NCBI GenBank assembly: GCA_031422435.1
Contig: JANPLU010000090.1
Coordinates: 23,225-87,224 of the forward strand
Length of the DNA stretch: 64,000 nucleotides
DNA from: Acaryochloridaceae cyanobacterium VAR_48_metabat_390
GTDB taxonomy: Bacteria; Cyanobacteriota; Cyanobacteriia; Thermosynechococcales; Thermosynechococcaceae
Reading direction: 5' to 3'
Part shown: positions 41,034 through 50,768 of the stretch, piece by piece
How the letters are laid out: each line of letters opens with the position of its first letter
Position numbering within the stretch: position 1 is the first letter of the stretch
Notes under the pieces: generated by a model
Told to the model about the DNA's origin: nothing
What the model saw: the letters and a program-made list of their open reading frames with translations, nothing else
Databases searched by the model: none
Position numbers and translations under genes: made by a program

Positions 41034-41465
41034 ATGCAAGATCGAGTGCTTAACATACTGCTGGTTGAAGATGATGAAGTGGACGTCATGAATGTCCGGC
41101 GAGCCTTTAAAAAAGGCGGCGTTAACAACCCCTTATTTATTGCTAGCAATGGCTTAGAAGCGCTCGATATGCTGAAGAGTCAGCGAGGACAAAGCCCTAT
41201 AGTCCCATCAGAGCGTCGCCTAATTTTGCTAGATCTCAACATGCCTAAAATGGGCGGCATTGAGTTTTTACAGGTGCTGCGCGCTGACCCCGACCTTAAA
41301 TCTACGCCCGTAGTAGTGCTGACAACGTCTGGGGAAGATCGCGATCGCGTCCAGGCCTATAACCTCAACGTGGCGGGCTATCTGCTAAAGCCCGTCACCT
41401 TTCAACCTTTTGTGCAGGCGATGGAAACCCTCAATCACTACTGGTCTTTATGTGAGATGCCGTAG
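41034..41465 (+). CDS. Single-domain response regulator (Rcp1-like)
   Basis: LLVEDDEVD, LLDLNMPKMGG, VVLTTS and GYLLKP motifs. Confidence 0.92.
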   Translation: MQDRVLNILLVEDDEVDVMNVRRAFKKGGVNNPLFIASNGLEALDMLKSQRGQSPIVPSERRLILLDLNMPKMGGIEFLQVLRADPDLKSTPVVVLTTSGEDRDRVQAYNLNVAGYLLKPVTFQPFVQAMETLNHYWSLCEMP

Positions 41466-41471
41466 GTGCCT

Positions 41472-42767
41472 ATGGATGCCGATAACGCCCCGCTTAAGAT
41501 TTTGATTGTCGATGATGACGAAGTAGACCGCATGGCGGTACGTCGGGCCATCAAAACGGCAAAGGTTCAGGCTGAGGTTCATGAGGCAGATACCTGCGTG
41601 GGCGCAGTCACCATTCTCAAGACCCAGCCCTTCGACTGCGTGTTTTTAGACTATCGCTTACCCGACCAAGATGGACTAGCGCTGGTTCAACGCATCCGAG
41701 CCGAGGGAATTTTATCCCCCCTTATTGTGCTAACAGGTCAAGGGGATGAGCAAATTGCGGTAGACCTCATGAAGGCAGGAGCCAGCGACTACCTGGCGAA
41801 GTCTAAAATTTCTCCGGGTCGCCTCGCCCAGATGCTGCGAAATTCCCTTCGCGTCCATCAGGCCGAACTGCAGGCCAGCCTCGTGAATCAGCGTCTTAGA
41901 GAGAGCTATGATCTACTGGTTGAGCAGCATCAAGCCTTAGAGCAGCAGCGCCAGCAAATTTATGAGCAAAACCTTCAGCTTATCCAGGCCGCAGAGCTAA
42001 AATCTCGCTTTTTAGCCACCATCTCTCACGAACTGCGGACGCCTCTCAATGCCATTCTGGGCTTTTCTCAGATGTTGATGCGCCCTAGCAAGGGTGATCT
42101 GAGCGATAAGCAAACCGAAATGGTGCAGCGCATTTTTACCAATGGTAAAAACCTCTTAGAAATGCTTAATGAGGTGTTAGATTTCTCTCGTATTGAAGCC
42201 AATCGCCTCGACCTAAAGCCAGAGTCTTTTAATGTTGCAACGCTCATCACGACCACCGTCGATGAGGTTCGCTCTCTAGCGGTTCTCAAGCAGTTGACGC
42301 TTGCCACTGAAGTCAACCTAGAAAATGAAGTCGTGTTTAATGACGCCACTCGGCTTCGCCAAGTTTTAGTGAATCTGCTGTCCAACGCCATTAAGTTTAC
42401 AGAGGTTGGCAAAGTTTGGGTTGAGGCCCAAGAGATTTCGCCAGATTGCCTATCTATTGTGGTTTACGACACCGGTATAGGGATTGCGCCCAAGCATATT
42501 GCCTATATTTTTGAGCCATTCCGTCAGGTTGATCAAACCGATACCCGTAAACATTCTGGGACGGGGTTAGGCTTAGCCATTACTCAAACCCTGGTGCAAA
42601 TGATGGGAGGCACCATTACGGTCAAAAGTCAGCCTGGCGAAGGCTCAAGGTTTCAAATTGACTTGCCACGACAGGTGGCGAGCAGTTCAGAATTGGGCAA
42701 CCCAGAGCAGGGCAATCCAGGGCAGGGGGATACGGAAAGAAGAACAGGTTTTGTCGAAGCTTTTTGA
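41472..42767 (+). CDS. Hybrid receiver-histidine kinase
   Basis: N-terminal receiver (VDDDEVD, FLDYRLP), SHELRTPLNAILG, NLLSNAIKFT and GTGLGL motifs. Confidence 0.93.
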   Translation: MDADNAPLKILIVDDDEVDRMAVRRAIKTAKVQAEVHEADTCVGAVTILKTQPFDCVFLDYRLPDQDGLALVQRIRAEGILSPLIVLTGQGDEQIAVDLMKAGASDYLAKSKISPGRLAQMLRNSLRVHQAELQASLVNQRLRESYDLLVEQHQALEQQRQQIYEQNLQLIQAAELKSRFLATISHELRTPLNAILGFSQMLMRPSKGDLSDKQTEMVQRIFTNGKNLLEMLNEVLDFSRIEANRLDLKPESFNVATLITTTVDEVRSLAVLKQLTLATEVNLENEVVFNDATRLRQVLVNLLSNAIKFTEVGKVWVEAQEISPDCLSIVVYDTGIGIAPKHIAYIFEPFRQVDQTDTRKHSGTGLGLAITQTLVQMMGGTITVKSQPGEGSRFQIDLPRQVASSSELGNPEQGNPGQGDTERRTGFVEAF

Positions 42768-42837
42768 GTCAGCCTAGGCATTTACAGGCTAAGCCGGCCC
42801 TTACATCCAACATTTACATCCTTTCACAGTGCAGCTT

Positions 42838-43935
42838 ATGGATCGAATTTTAGCCGTTGATGACACCCCCGATAATCTTGCCCTCATCGAGACTATTTTA
42901 GAAGATGAAGGCTACGAGATTATCCTGGTTTCTAGTGGCGCCGCTGCGTTAGTCCAAGTGGAGACACTGCCGCCGCCCGATTTGATTCTGCTCGATATTA
43001 TGATGCCGGAGATGGATGGCTATGAGGTTACGCGCCGCATCCGTCAAAACCCAAAGCTGCCCTACATTCCCATTTTGCTGCTGACGGCGCACCATGCTTC
43101 AGATGTGGTGCAAGGGCTAGAGTCTGGAGCCGATGATTTTGTGCGCAAGCCTGTGGATGTGGATGAACTGGCGGCACGGGTGCGATCGCTCCTCCGGCTG
43201 AAGCACAGCATTGACGAGCGCGAGCAGCTTTCGCTTCAGCGCCAAGACTTTATTGCCCACCTTACCCACGATTTGCGAACTCCGCTGGTGGCGGCAGATA
43301 ATATGCTGAAGCTGTTTGGGCAAGAGGCGTTCTGCCCCTTATCGGCCGACATGCATGAGGCGATCGCCGCCATGATCCGCAGTAACTATCACCTCATGCA
43401 GATTGTCGACACCCTGCTTGAAGTGCAGTGCTATGAAGCAGGCGCAAAAACCCTAACCTTGATTCAGTGCAGTTTAGGAGAAATTGCCACAGAAGTGGTG
43501 CAAGAACTTAAGCACCTTGCCAAAAGTAAAGGACTGACGTTGACTGTAAACGCTGATGCCCCGCCGCCCGTCGCCACCGGAAAAGTTTTAGGAGACTACT
43601 TAGAGCTGCGGCGGATGATCACCAATTTGGTCGGCAACGCCATTAAATTTACAGAGCAAGGAGGCATCGATATCAGCGTCACTACTTCCCCCCAAGGAGA
43701 TCAGGCTATAGTAGCCGTTCGGGATACGGGGCCTGGTTTATCGTCTCAAGAACGCGATCAGCTCTTTCAGCGTTTCCATAAAGGTACCCATCATCAGTCA
43801 GGGAGCGGCTTAGGGCTGCATTTGGTCTCTCGTATTGTAGAGGCGCATCAGGGCACCATCACCGTAGAATCCCAGCCTGACCAGGGCAGTGTGTTTACAG
43901 TCTGCCTGCCTTTGAGTTTGGTGAATACGGTTTAA
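42838..43935 (+). CDS. Hybrid receiver-histidine kinase
   Basis: AVDDTPDN, LLDIMMP receiver; THDLRTPL; NLVGNAIKFT; GSGLGL. Confidence 0.92.
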   Translation: MDRILAVDDTPDNLALIETILEDEGYEIILVSSGAAALVQVETLPPPDLILLDIMMPEMDGYEVTRRIRQNPKLPYIPILLLTAHHASDVVQGLESGADDFVRKPVDVDELAARVRSLLRLKHSIDEREQLSLQRQDFIAHLTHDLRTPLVAADNMLKLFGQEAFCPLSADMHEAIAAMIRSNYHLMQIVDTLLEVQCYEAGAKTLTLIQCSLGEIATEVVQELKHLAKSKGLTLTVNADAPPPVATGKVLGDYLELRRMITNLVGNAIKFTEQGGIDISVTTSPQGDQAIVAVRDTGPGLSSQERDQLFQRFHKGTHHQSGSGLGLHLVSRIVEAHQGTITVESQPDQGSVFTVCLPLSLVNTV

Positions 43936-44104
43936 ATCTATAGGCTTAAATCTATGGGCTTTTCGCGTGCTCATCCTCTATGGCTACGCTAATATGCCGA
44001 CGATGGGTTTAGGATACGGCAGGGCAGCACCTCATTCTGTAGCTGAGGTCATTTAATTCATACTCCTGTGTTGAAGTGTCGCTCAGCGAAGCGTCTAAAT
44101 AATT

Positions 44105-44740
44105 ATGAGTGTGCGTATTCATTCCACGGCTCTGATTGAGCCAAATGTTGAAATTGGCGCGGGCACTTCCGTCTGGGATAACGTGCATATTCGCCACGGT
44201 ACCCAAATTGGAGAAGACTGCATCATTGGTGAAAAAACCTACATCGCCTACGGCGTTAAAATTGGGAACCGCTGCAAAATTAATGCCTTTGTGTACGTCT
44301 GCAACGCCGTCACCCTCGAAGATGGCGTGATGATCAGCGCCGGAACCATTTTTACCAATGATCGGTTTCCCCGTGCCACCACGTCTGACCTTAAGCAACT
44401 CCGCCCATCTGACCCAGATGAACATACGCTGCCAACCTTAGTCCGCGAGGGTGCCACTATTGGCGCAGGCTGCACTATTGGAAATAATCTGAGCATTGGT
44501 CGCTTTGCCATGGTGGGAATGGGTACCCTTGTTACAAAGTCGGTGCCAGATTTTCATCTTGCAATTGGGCATCCGGCGCATTCTGTGGGATGTGTGTGTC
44601 GCTGTGGTCAGCTTTTGATGCGGTTCTCTGAAGTGTCTAGGTCTGAAATGCATTTAATTGAAACAGATCTCACCTGTCCGGTGTGTGGGTTGCAGTACCA
44701 CGTCAAAAATCAGGTCGTTACGGAACTCACGCCGCCATGA
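44105..44740 (+). CDS. Hexapeptide-repeat (left-handed beta-helix) sugar N-acyltransferase with C-terminal Zn-ribbon
   Basis: IHSTALIE..V.IG.GT.VW, FTND..PRA, GATIGA and GHPA motifs; CVCRCG...CPVCG. Confidence 0.85.
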   Translation: MSVRIHSTALIEPNVEIGAGTSVWDNVHIRHGTQIGEDCIIGEKTYIAYGVKIGNRCKINAFVYVCNAVTLEDGVMISAGTIFTNDRFPRATTSDLKQLRPSDPDEHTLPTLVREGATIGAGCTIGNNLSIGRFAMVGMGTLVTKSVPDFHLAIGHPAHSVGCVCRCGQLLMRFSEVSRSEMHLIETDLTCPVCGLQYHVKNQVVTELTPP

Positions 44741-46071
44741 ACGACACGCCGCAAAATTGGGCCATTGTGGGGGGTGGCATGTTGGGGATGACCCTAGCCT
44801 ATCGGCTGGCTCAGCAGGGGCAGCAGGTCACGCTGTTTGAAGGTGCGGCAGAACTGGGTGGTCTTGCCAGCACTTGGCAGCTCGACGATGTGACGTGGGA
44901 TCGGCACTATCACGTTACGCTTCTGTCAGATCTCACGTTGCGATCGCTCCTCTGTGAGCTGCACCTTGAGCAGGATATGAAGTGGGTAGAAACTAAAACG
45001 GGGGTTTACGCAAGTGGAAAGCTGTACTCCGTTTCCAATGCGATCGAGTTTCTTCAGTTTCCGCCCCTACGTCTGATCGATAAACTGCGGCTGGGGCTGA
45101 CCATTGTTTATGGCGCTCAGATCAAAAATTGGAAGCGTCTTGAAACCATTTCTGTCACCACTTGGCTGAGGCGCTGGTCAGGCGATCGCACCTTTCAAAA
45201 GTTCTGGCTGCCGCTACTGCGTGCCAAACTCGGCGAAAACTACAAAATTGCGTCAGCTTCATTTATTTGGTCTACTATTGCAAGGCTTTATGCAGCGCGG
45301 CGGACGGGTCTTAAAAAAGAGCTGTTTGGCTATTTGCCTGGAGGCTATGCCCGTATACTTAAACGCTTTGGTGAAGTGCTAACGGAAACGGGCGTTAAGG
45401 TGGAGCTGGGCGATCGCATTACGCAAGTAGAGCAAATCGCATCGGGTCAGCTTAGCCTTCAGTTCCACAGCGGCAAAATGGCTGCCACATTTGATCGGGT
45501 GGTTCTGACCACCGCTGCACCGATTGCCGCCCAGCTTTGCCCCCAACTTTCTGCCCAAGAAAAGGCGTGTCTAGAAGGCATTCAGTACCAAGGGATTCTC
45601 TGTGCCTCCGTATTGCTCAAACAGCCCCTCTCAAACTATTACGTGACAAATATTACCGAGGATTGGGTTCCTTTTACTGGGGTGATTGAGATGACAACCT
45701 TAGTGAATCCTGAAGTATTTGGAGGGCGATCGCTGGTTTACCTGCCCAAATATATCCCTGCGAATGATCCAGCGTTTGAGCAAGGCGACGAGGTGCTGCA
45801 AACACAGTTTATTCAAGCCTTAGAACGGATGTATCCACGTTTTGAGGCGAGTGATGTCTTAAGTTTTCAGGTTTCACGAGTGAAGTATGTTTTGGCGGTT
45901 CCTACGGTAAATTACTCGCAACGTTTGCCACCGATGCACACCTCCGTGGCGGGACTGCACATTATCAACTCAGCCCACATCCTCAATGGCACTCTCAATG
46001 TAAATGAAACGGTACAGCTTGCAGAACAGTCTGCTGCTATGCTTTTAGCTAAAAAAGTATCTCAATCTTAA
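44737..46071 (+). CDS. NAD(P)/FAD-dependent oxidoreductase (HemY/amine-oxidase-like)
   Basis: AIVGGGMLG...E...LGGLA Rossmann motif, WDRHYH; ATGA overlap with the upstream gene. Confidence 0.85.
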   Translation: MNDTPQNWAIVGGGMLGMTLAYRLAQQGQQVTLFEGAAELGGLASTWQLDDVTWDRHYHVTLLSDLTLRSLLCELHLEQDMKWVETKTGVYASGKLYSVSNAIEFLQFPPLRLIDKLRLGLTIVYGAQIKNWKRLETISVTTWLRRWSGDRTFQKFWLPLLRAKLGENYKIASASFIWSTIARLYAARRTGLKKELFGYLPGGYARILKRFGEVLTETGVKVELGDRITQVEQIASGQLSLQFHSGKMAATFDRVVLTTAAPIAAQLCPQLSAQEKACLEGIQYQGILCASVLLKQPLSNYYVTNITEDWVPFTGVIEMTTLVNPEVFGGRSLVYLPKYIPANDPAFEQGDEVLQTQFIQALERMYPRFEASDVLSFQVSRVKYVLAVPTVNYSQRLPPMHTSVAGLHIINSAHILNGTLNVNETVQLAEQSAAMLLAKKVSQS

Positions 46072-46084
46072 ACCGTAGCTGCCT

Positions 46085-47080
46085 ATGCCTCACCCCAAAC
46101 CCATCGCTAGTCTCTCTCTTGATCTCGATAACCAGTGGTCTTATATGAAGATTCACGGCGATCCAGGATGGGAACGCTTTCCCTCTTACTTGGATGTGAT
46201 TGTTCCTAGGGCACTGGCCTTTTTAAAGGAGCGCAACCTCACCATTACGTTTTTTATCGTGGGTCAAGATGCGGCGTTGGTAAAAAATCAGGCGGCAATT
46301 CGGGCGATCGCCACTGCAGGCCATGAAATTGGCAACCACTCCTTTAAGCACGAATCTTGGCTGCACCTGTACTCTGAACCCGAAATTGAGGCTGAAATTA
46401 CCCAGGCTGAGGAGATCCTCAAACAGGTCACAGGGCAACAGCCTATGGGCTTCCGTGGCCCTGGCTATAGCTGCTCTGCTGCGGTGCTGCGGGTGCTGGC
46501 ACGGCGCGGCTATCAGTACGATGCCTCTACGTTTCCAACATTTCTTGGCCCTTTGGCACGAGCGTACTATTTCATGACAACTAAGCTCAGTAAAGCTGAG
46601 AAAGAAAAGCGTAAGGCGTTATTCGGCAGCTTTAAGGATGGATTTCAGCCCCTTAAACCTTATCGTTGGGCAATGGAGCAGTGTCAGCTCATTGAAATCC
46701 CTGTTTCTACCCTGCCAATTTTCAAGATTCCCATTCACTTCAGCTATGTGCTGTATCTCAGCGTCTTTTCGCGATCGCTAGCGCTGTTTTACTTCCGTTT
46801 AGCGTTAGCACTCTGCAAACTCACAGGCACTCAGCCTTCGCTGTTGCTGCATCCCCTCGATTTTTTAGGCTGTGAAGATGTCCCAGAACTGGCATTCTTT
46901 CCAGGGATGAGTTTACCTAGCCATACAAAATTAAAAACCCTGAGCCAAGTGATTGCATTGCTCACACGGCAGTATCGGGTGGTTTCAATGCAGGAGCATG
47001 CTCAATCGGTAGCGACATCTCGTCGCGTTCCTATGGTCGATCCGCAGCAGACGTTCTCTGACGCGAAGGCTGTGATATGA
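46085..47080 (+). CDS. Polysaccharide deacetylase (NodB/CE4 family)
   Basis: SLDLDN, TFFIVG, GHEIGNHSFKH, GFRGPG, YDAS and LLHPLD motifs. Confidence 0.88.
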   Translation: MPHPKPIASLSLDLDNQWSYMKIHGDPGWERFPSYLDVIVPRALAFLKERNLTITFFIVGQDAALVKNQAAIRAIATAGHEIGNHSFKHESWLHLYSEPEIEAEITQAEEILKQVTGQQPMGFRGPGYSCSAAVLRVLARRGYQYDASTFPTFLGPLARAYYFMTTKLSKAEKEKRKALFGSFKDGFQPLKPYRWAMEQCQLIEIPVSTLPIFKIPIHFSYVLYLSVFSRSLALFYFRLALALCKLTGTQPSLLLHPLDFLGCEDVPELAFFPGMSLPSHTKLKTLSQVIALLTRQYRVVSMQEHAQSVATSRRVPMVDPQQTFSDAKAVI

Positions 47081-48105
47081 GTGAGTCTACGGGCAAGCCT
47101 TCACCTAAATGGACGCGCTGGCTTGCCTTAGCGGTCGGCTCTGCAATCACTATCCTTCTGCTCGCCTGGGTAGTGAAAGATGTTTCTTGGGCAGCGGTTG
47201 GGCAAAGTTTAGGGCGATCGCACTGGGGCTGGTTTGGTGTGGGCTGGGTAGCCTATATGCTGTGCTACTGTGCCCGCGCCCGTCGCTGGGGCACCATTTT
47301 AGAAAATCAAGGATTTGAGAGTTCCTTTGGGACGCGGTTAGTAGCGCTGCTGATCGGGTTTGGCTCTAACAGCATCTTGCCCGCTTATTTTGGGCCAGCG
47401 CTCCGCATAGGTATTCTGAATCGTCGGGCAGGAATACCCATTGAGCTGGCGCTGGGCAGCATGTTTGCAGAGCGAATGCTGGATCTTGGCATTGTGCTGC
47501 TGTTTTTAGTATTGCCCTTAAGCCTCAAAGCCGTTCCTTCGCTTTCGACATTTAATGCTTCAGTGGTAATGCTGCTGAGTTTTGGCTTGCTGAGTCTTTG
47601 GGGCTTATGTCTCATTGGGGCCAAAGACCCTCAGTGCACAATTCTAAGACTAACTCCGGTTTTTCAGCGCATCCATCGACCGAAGCTCAAAATGCGGCTT
47701 CAGACTGGGCTACTACACTTTTTAGGCGGTCTGACGGCGCTAAGCCGGCCTCGGCAGTTTGTAAGGCTACTGCTAGAAAGCCTCTGCGTTTGGCTGCTGA
47801 ATGGCGTAACTTATTGGACGGGTCTTCTGGCTTTTGAAGTCTATCGTCCTGGCTTTATTGGCGCACTGTTTATTCAGAGTGGGTCTGCGTTGGCGATCGC
47901 CATTCCCTCCACCCCTGGCTACATCGGTCCTTTTGAGGCCAGTCTCCAGGTTTTGTTAGGGCTATACCAGATTCCACCGGCAATTATCTTGAGCTATGCG
48001 ATCGCCATGCGAGTGGTCATGTACATCACTATTCCTATTATTGCCATCGTTTTGGGTTTTCGACTGGGTCTGCTATCCCAGTTGGGGTTAGAAAAACCCC
48101 GATAG
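47077..48105 (+). CDS. Lysylphosphatidylglycerol-synthase TM / flippase-like membrane protein (UPF0104)
   Basis: Multi-TM; RARRW, N.ILPA, ERMLD and IPSTPGYIGPFE motifs; ATGA overlap. Confidence 0.85.
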   Translation: MSESTGKPSPKWTRWLALAVGSAITILLLAWVVKDVSWAAVGQSLGRSHWGWFGVGWVAYMLCYCARARRWGTILENQGFESSFGTRLVALLIGFGSNSILPAYFGPALRIGILNRRAGIPIELALGSMFAERMLDLGIVLLFLVLPLSLKAVPSLSTFNASVVMLLSFGLLSLWGLCLIGAKDPQCTILRLTPVFQRIHRPKLKMRLQTGLLHFLGGLTALSRPRQFVRLLLESLCVWLLNGVTYWTGLLAFEVYRPGFIGALFIQSGSALAIAIPSTPGYIGPFEASLQVLLGLYQIPPAIILSYAIAMRVVMYITIPIIAIVLGFRLGLLSQLGLEKPR

Positions 48106-48332
48106 TCACTGTCACTTAAATATGAGAGAAATTTGCGTACTTTCCGCTAAACATTCACAGCTAGTCGCGTTTACGCTGGGAGTGTTGAATATTGCGTTAA
48201 TAAAGATTTCATACCTTGACCCATTGCTTAAGGTGCTGCTGCCTTAAGGTTCACGCTAAAATGTTAAGGAACTTGTAGCAATCCAATATTTTGTCAGCAA
48301 GGTTGCAGACTGCCGTTTTACTGTGACACTTT

Positions 48333-49202
48333 ATGCAATGTATTATTAATCGCCGTGCTGAATTTTCTGCAAGCCACCGATATTGGCTACCCGAACTATC
48401 AGAGCTAAGCAACTACGAACAGTTTGGAGCCTGTGCCCGATCTCCAGGGCATGGACATAATTACGAACTTTTTGTGTCGATGCTCGGAGAGATAGACCCG
48501 CACGGTATGGTGTTGAACCTATCAGACGTTAAGCATGTCATTAAGCGCGAAGTCACGAGTCAGCTTGACTTTTCATTTCTGAATGAGGTTTGGCCTGAGT
48601 TTAAAGACACCTTACCCACAACCGAAAATATTGCGCGTCTGATTTGGCATCGGTTAGCGCCGCATTTGCCCCTTGCCAATATTAAACTTTACGAACATCC
48701 TCGCCTATGGGCGGAATATAAAGGAGCTGGAATGCAAGCCTATCTTACTGTCGGAACTCACTTTAGCGCCGCCCATCGGTTGGCACTGCCAAGCCTCAGT
48801 TTTGAAGAGAATTCTGAAATTTATGGTAAGTGTGCGCGACCTAATGGTCACGGTCATAACTACCATATGGAAGTCACCATTAAAGGTGAGGTGGATGCGC
48901 GCACGGGGATGCTAGTGGACTTAGTGAAGCTGCACAAGGTGATTGATGAAGTGGTGATTGAGCCGCTAGACCACACGTTTTTGAACAAAGACATTCTTTA
49001 TTTTGAGGCTGTAGTGCCCACTGCTGAAAACATTGCGGTCTATATTGCGCGATTACTGAAACCCCATATTCAAGAATTGGGCGCAACCCTTGAGCGCATT
49101 AAGCTGATTGAAAGCCCCAATAATTCTTGTGAAATAGACTGTAGTTGGCTCAATGATGAAGTTAATGCGCTAGCGCAGCATCAGATGGCGCTAGCGCATT
49201 AA
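48333..49202 (+). CDS. queD: Tandem-domain 6-pyruvoyl/6-carboxy-tetrahydropterin synthase
   Basis: Two PTPS domains: FSASH...C..GHGHNY...TTENIA and FSAAH...C..GHGHNY...TAENIA. Confidence 0.9.
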   Translation: MQCIINRRAEFSASHRYWLPELSELSNYEQFGACARSPGHGHNYELFVSMLGEIDPHGMVLNLSDVKHVIKREVTSQLDFSFLNEVWPEFKDTLPTTENIARLIWHRLAPHLPLANIKLYEHPRLWAEYKGAGMQAYLTVGTHFSAAHRLALPSLSFEENSEIYGKCARPNGHGHNYHMEVTIKGEVDARTGMLVDLVKLHKVIDEVVIEPLDHTFLNKDILYFEAVVPTAENIAVYIARLLKPHIQELGATLERIKLIESPNNSCEIDCSWLNDEVNALAQHQMALAH

Positions 49203-49248
49203 CTTCATTGCGCTGTAGGGGCACATAATCTTGTGCCCCTACAGCGCA
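49156..49248. repeat. Two adjacent perfect hairpins (21-bp and 17-bp stems); the second is a GTAG-type REP
   Basis: ATGAAGTTAATGCGCTAGCGC / GCGCTAGCGCATTAACTTCAT at 49156-49208 and TGCGCTGTAGGGGCACA / TGTGCCCCTACAGCGCA at 49209-49248. Confidence 0.85.
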
Positions 49249-50129
49249 TGGTTTGGGTTAAAAATGATTGGGCTTTGCAGCCATTGACGGGTGCCAAAAG
49301 ATTGACAGGCGAATGCCGCAATGTCAGCTGCTTGCGTTAAGGCTTCTGGAAAGCTGGCCTGCAAGATCCAATGGCAAAATGCGCCATGAAAGACATCTCC
49401 CGCTCCCAAGGTGTCGATGGGCGAGATGATGGGCACCGGAATTTCTGTATCTGTACCCTGATGACTGTAGATAATTGGCGCGCCACCACGGGTAATGGCA
49501 ATTGAGGGAGGGTTTACCACCTGCTGCAAATAGGTAATCACTTCCGTTTGGGTGGCACATTCAGGTGGAAAGAAGTTAGCAGAGCAAATGGCGTAGTCTA
49601 TAAAAGGCAAAACCTTTTCTAACCCTGGCTTCCAACTGCCGCCATCTAACACAACCGGAATGTTTTGACGCTGGGCTGCTTGGGCGATCGCCGCGCTAAT
49701 CTCAACCTGATGTCCGTCAATCAGCACAATGTCGATGCCCTCTAAGGGATTGGGCGGCATTTGACCGACGGCAATCTGAAGATTCACCGCATTTCTAGAA
49801 ACGACTGCGCGATCGCCCGTGCCTTCCGTCACCAGAATAGAAGACAGCGGCGGCGGATCTTTTTGCTGTGGCGCTAAATCCAACAGTTCTACCTGCTGCG
49901 TAGCAAGGTCAGAGCGTATTAGCGCTGTAAGCGGGTGTTGACCGACCGCACTCATCAGTTTGGCCTGGTTGCCAAGGTGCCGAAACGTGACGGCAGCATT
50001 GGTTGCAGGGCCACCAGCGGCGATCTCTAGATTTGCTGCCACCTGTTTCTCATTGGCCTGCGGGAGATGTATTACCCCATAGATTAAGTCTAGGGTGGTT
50101 AAGCCCACAAATAAGCCGCAGTGCCCCAT
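49239..50129 (-). CDS. PfkB-family carbohydrate kinase
   Basis: GGPATNAAV and DTLGAGDVFHGAF motifs. Confidence 0.92.
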   Translation of the reverse strand: MGHCGLFVGLTTLDLIYGVIHLPQANEKQVAANLEIAAGGPATNAAVTFRHLGNQAKLMSAVGQHPLTALIRSDLATQQVELLDLAPQQKDPPPLSSILVTEGTGDRAVVSRNAVNLQIAVGQMPPNPLEGIDIVLIDGHQVEISAAIAQAAQRQNIPVVLDGGSWKPGLEKVLPFIDYAICSANFFPPECATQTEVITYLQQVVNPPSIAITRGGAPIIYSHQGTDTEIPVPIISPIDTLGAGDVFHGAFCHWILQASFPEALTQAADIAAFACQSFGTRQWLQSPIIFNPNHAL

Positions 50130-50141
50130 GATGGTTTTGCA

Positions 50142-50606
50142 TTAGTTGACGTAGCGCATCTGAATCTGCACCACGGTTTTGGTGCCAGACACAAACACTT
50201 GAGAGTCAGCAAAGCTGGCAGGCCCAAATCGAAGCGGCGGGTTATTAGAAAACCCAAAGCCTTCCGAAGGCACACCCAAGGGATTCGTGTTCAGCTTCCC
50301 GTCGCTATTGCTGTCATGGATTGCGGCGATCGCGTAGTTGCCGAGCGGCAAATTGTTAAAGATGGCGGTTGTACCGCTGGCTGCAATACAGCGAGAAGAT
50401 TTTAGGCTTGACCCACTACCGCCTGCCGGAAACCCTTTGGGCCCCGAAAACACGGTTAGACAAACGCGACCTTTGGTATTTCTAAGGCTATTGAGCTTAA
50501 TTTCTAGATTTCCGGTATAGCCTGCTTTAGCAGATGGAATAAAAAAGAGAGATACGTTGGCGATCGCTAAAATGCTGCACGCCGCCACAAAATGCTTAGA
50601 ATTCAC
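50142..50606 (-). CDS. DUF2141-family secreted protein
   Basis: Signal peptide; YAIAAIHDSNSDGKL..N..GVPSEGFGFSNN motif. Confidence 0.88.
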   Translation of the reverse strand: MNSKHFVAACSILAIANVSLFFIPSAKAGYTGNLEIKLNSLRNTKGRVCLTVFSGPKGFPAGGSGSSLKSSRCIAASGTTAIFNNLPLGNYAIAAIHDSNSDGKLNTNPLGVPSEGFGFSNNPPLRFGPASFADSQVFVSGTKTVVQIQMRYVN

Positions 50607-50768
50607 GATAACTCCTCAAACCATCCACACACGTTAACGTTTGACTCCGTTAATCCTAAGTAAGTTTCCATAGACATAGATTTTAGGGACGTTACCGCCG
50701 GATGGTCATAATCACCCCGCAGTTGTGCCGTAAAATTTTCAAGGTTGGCATTAAAAATGGTACCCAAG

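Noticed and set aside
48106..48332. preQ1 riboswitch upstream of queD
   Set aside because: Only a small CTTAAGG...CCTTAAG hairpin is present; no preQ1 consensus recognized.
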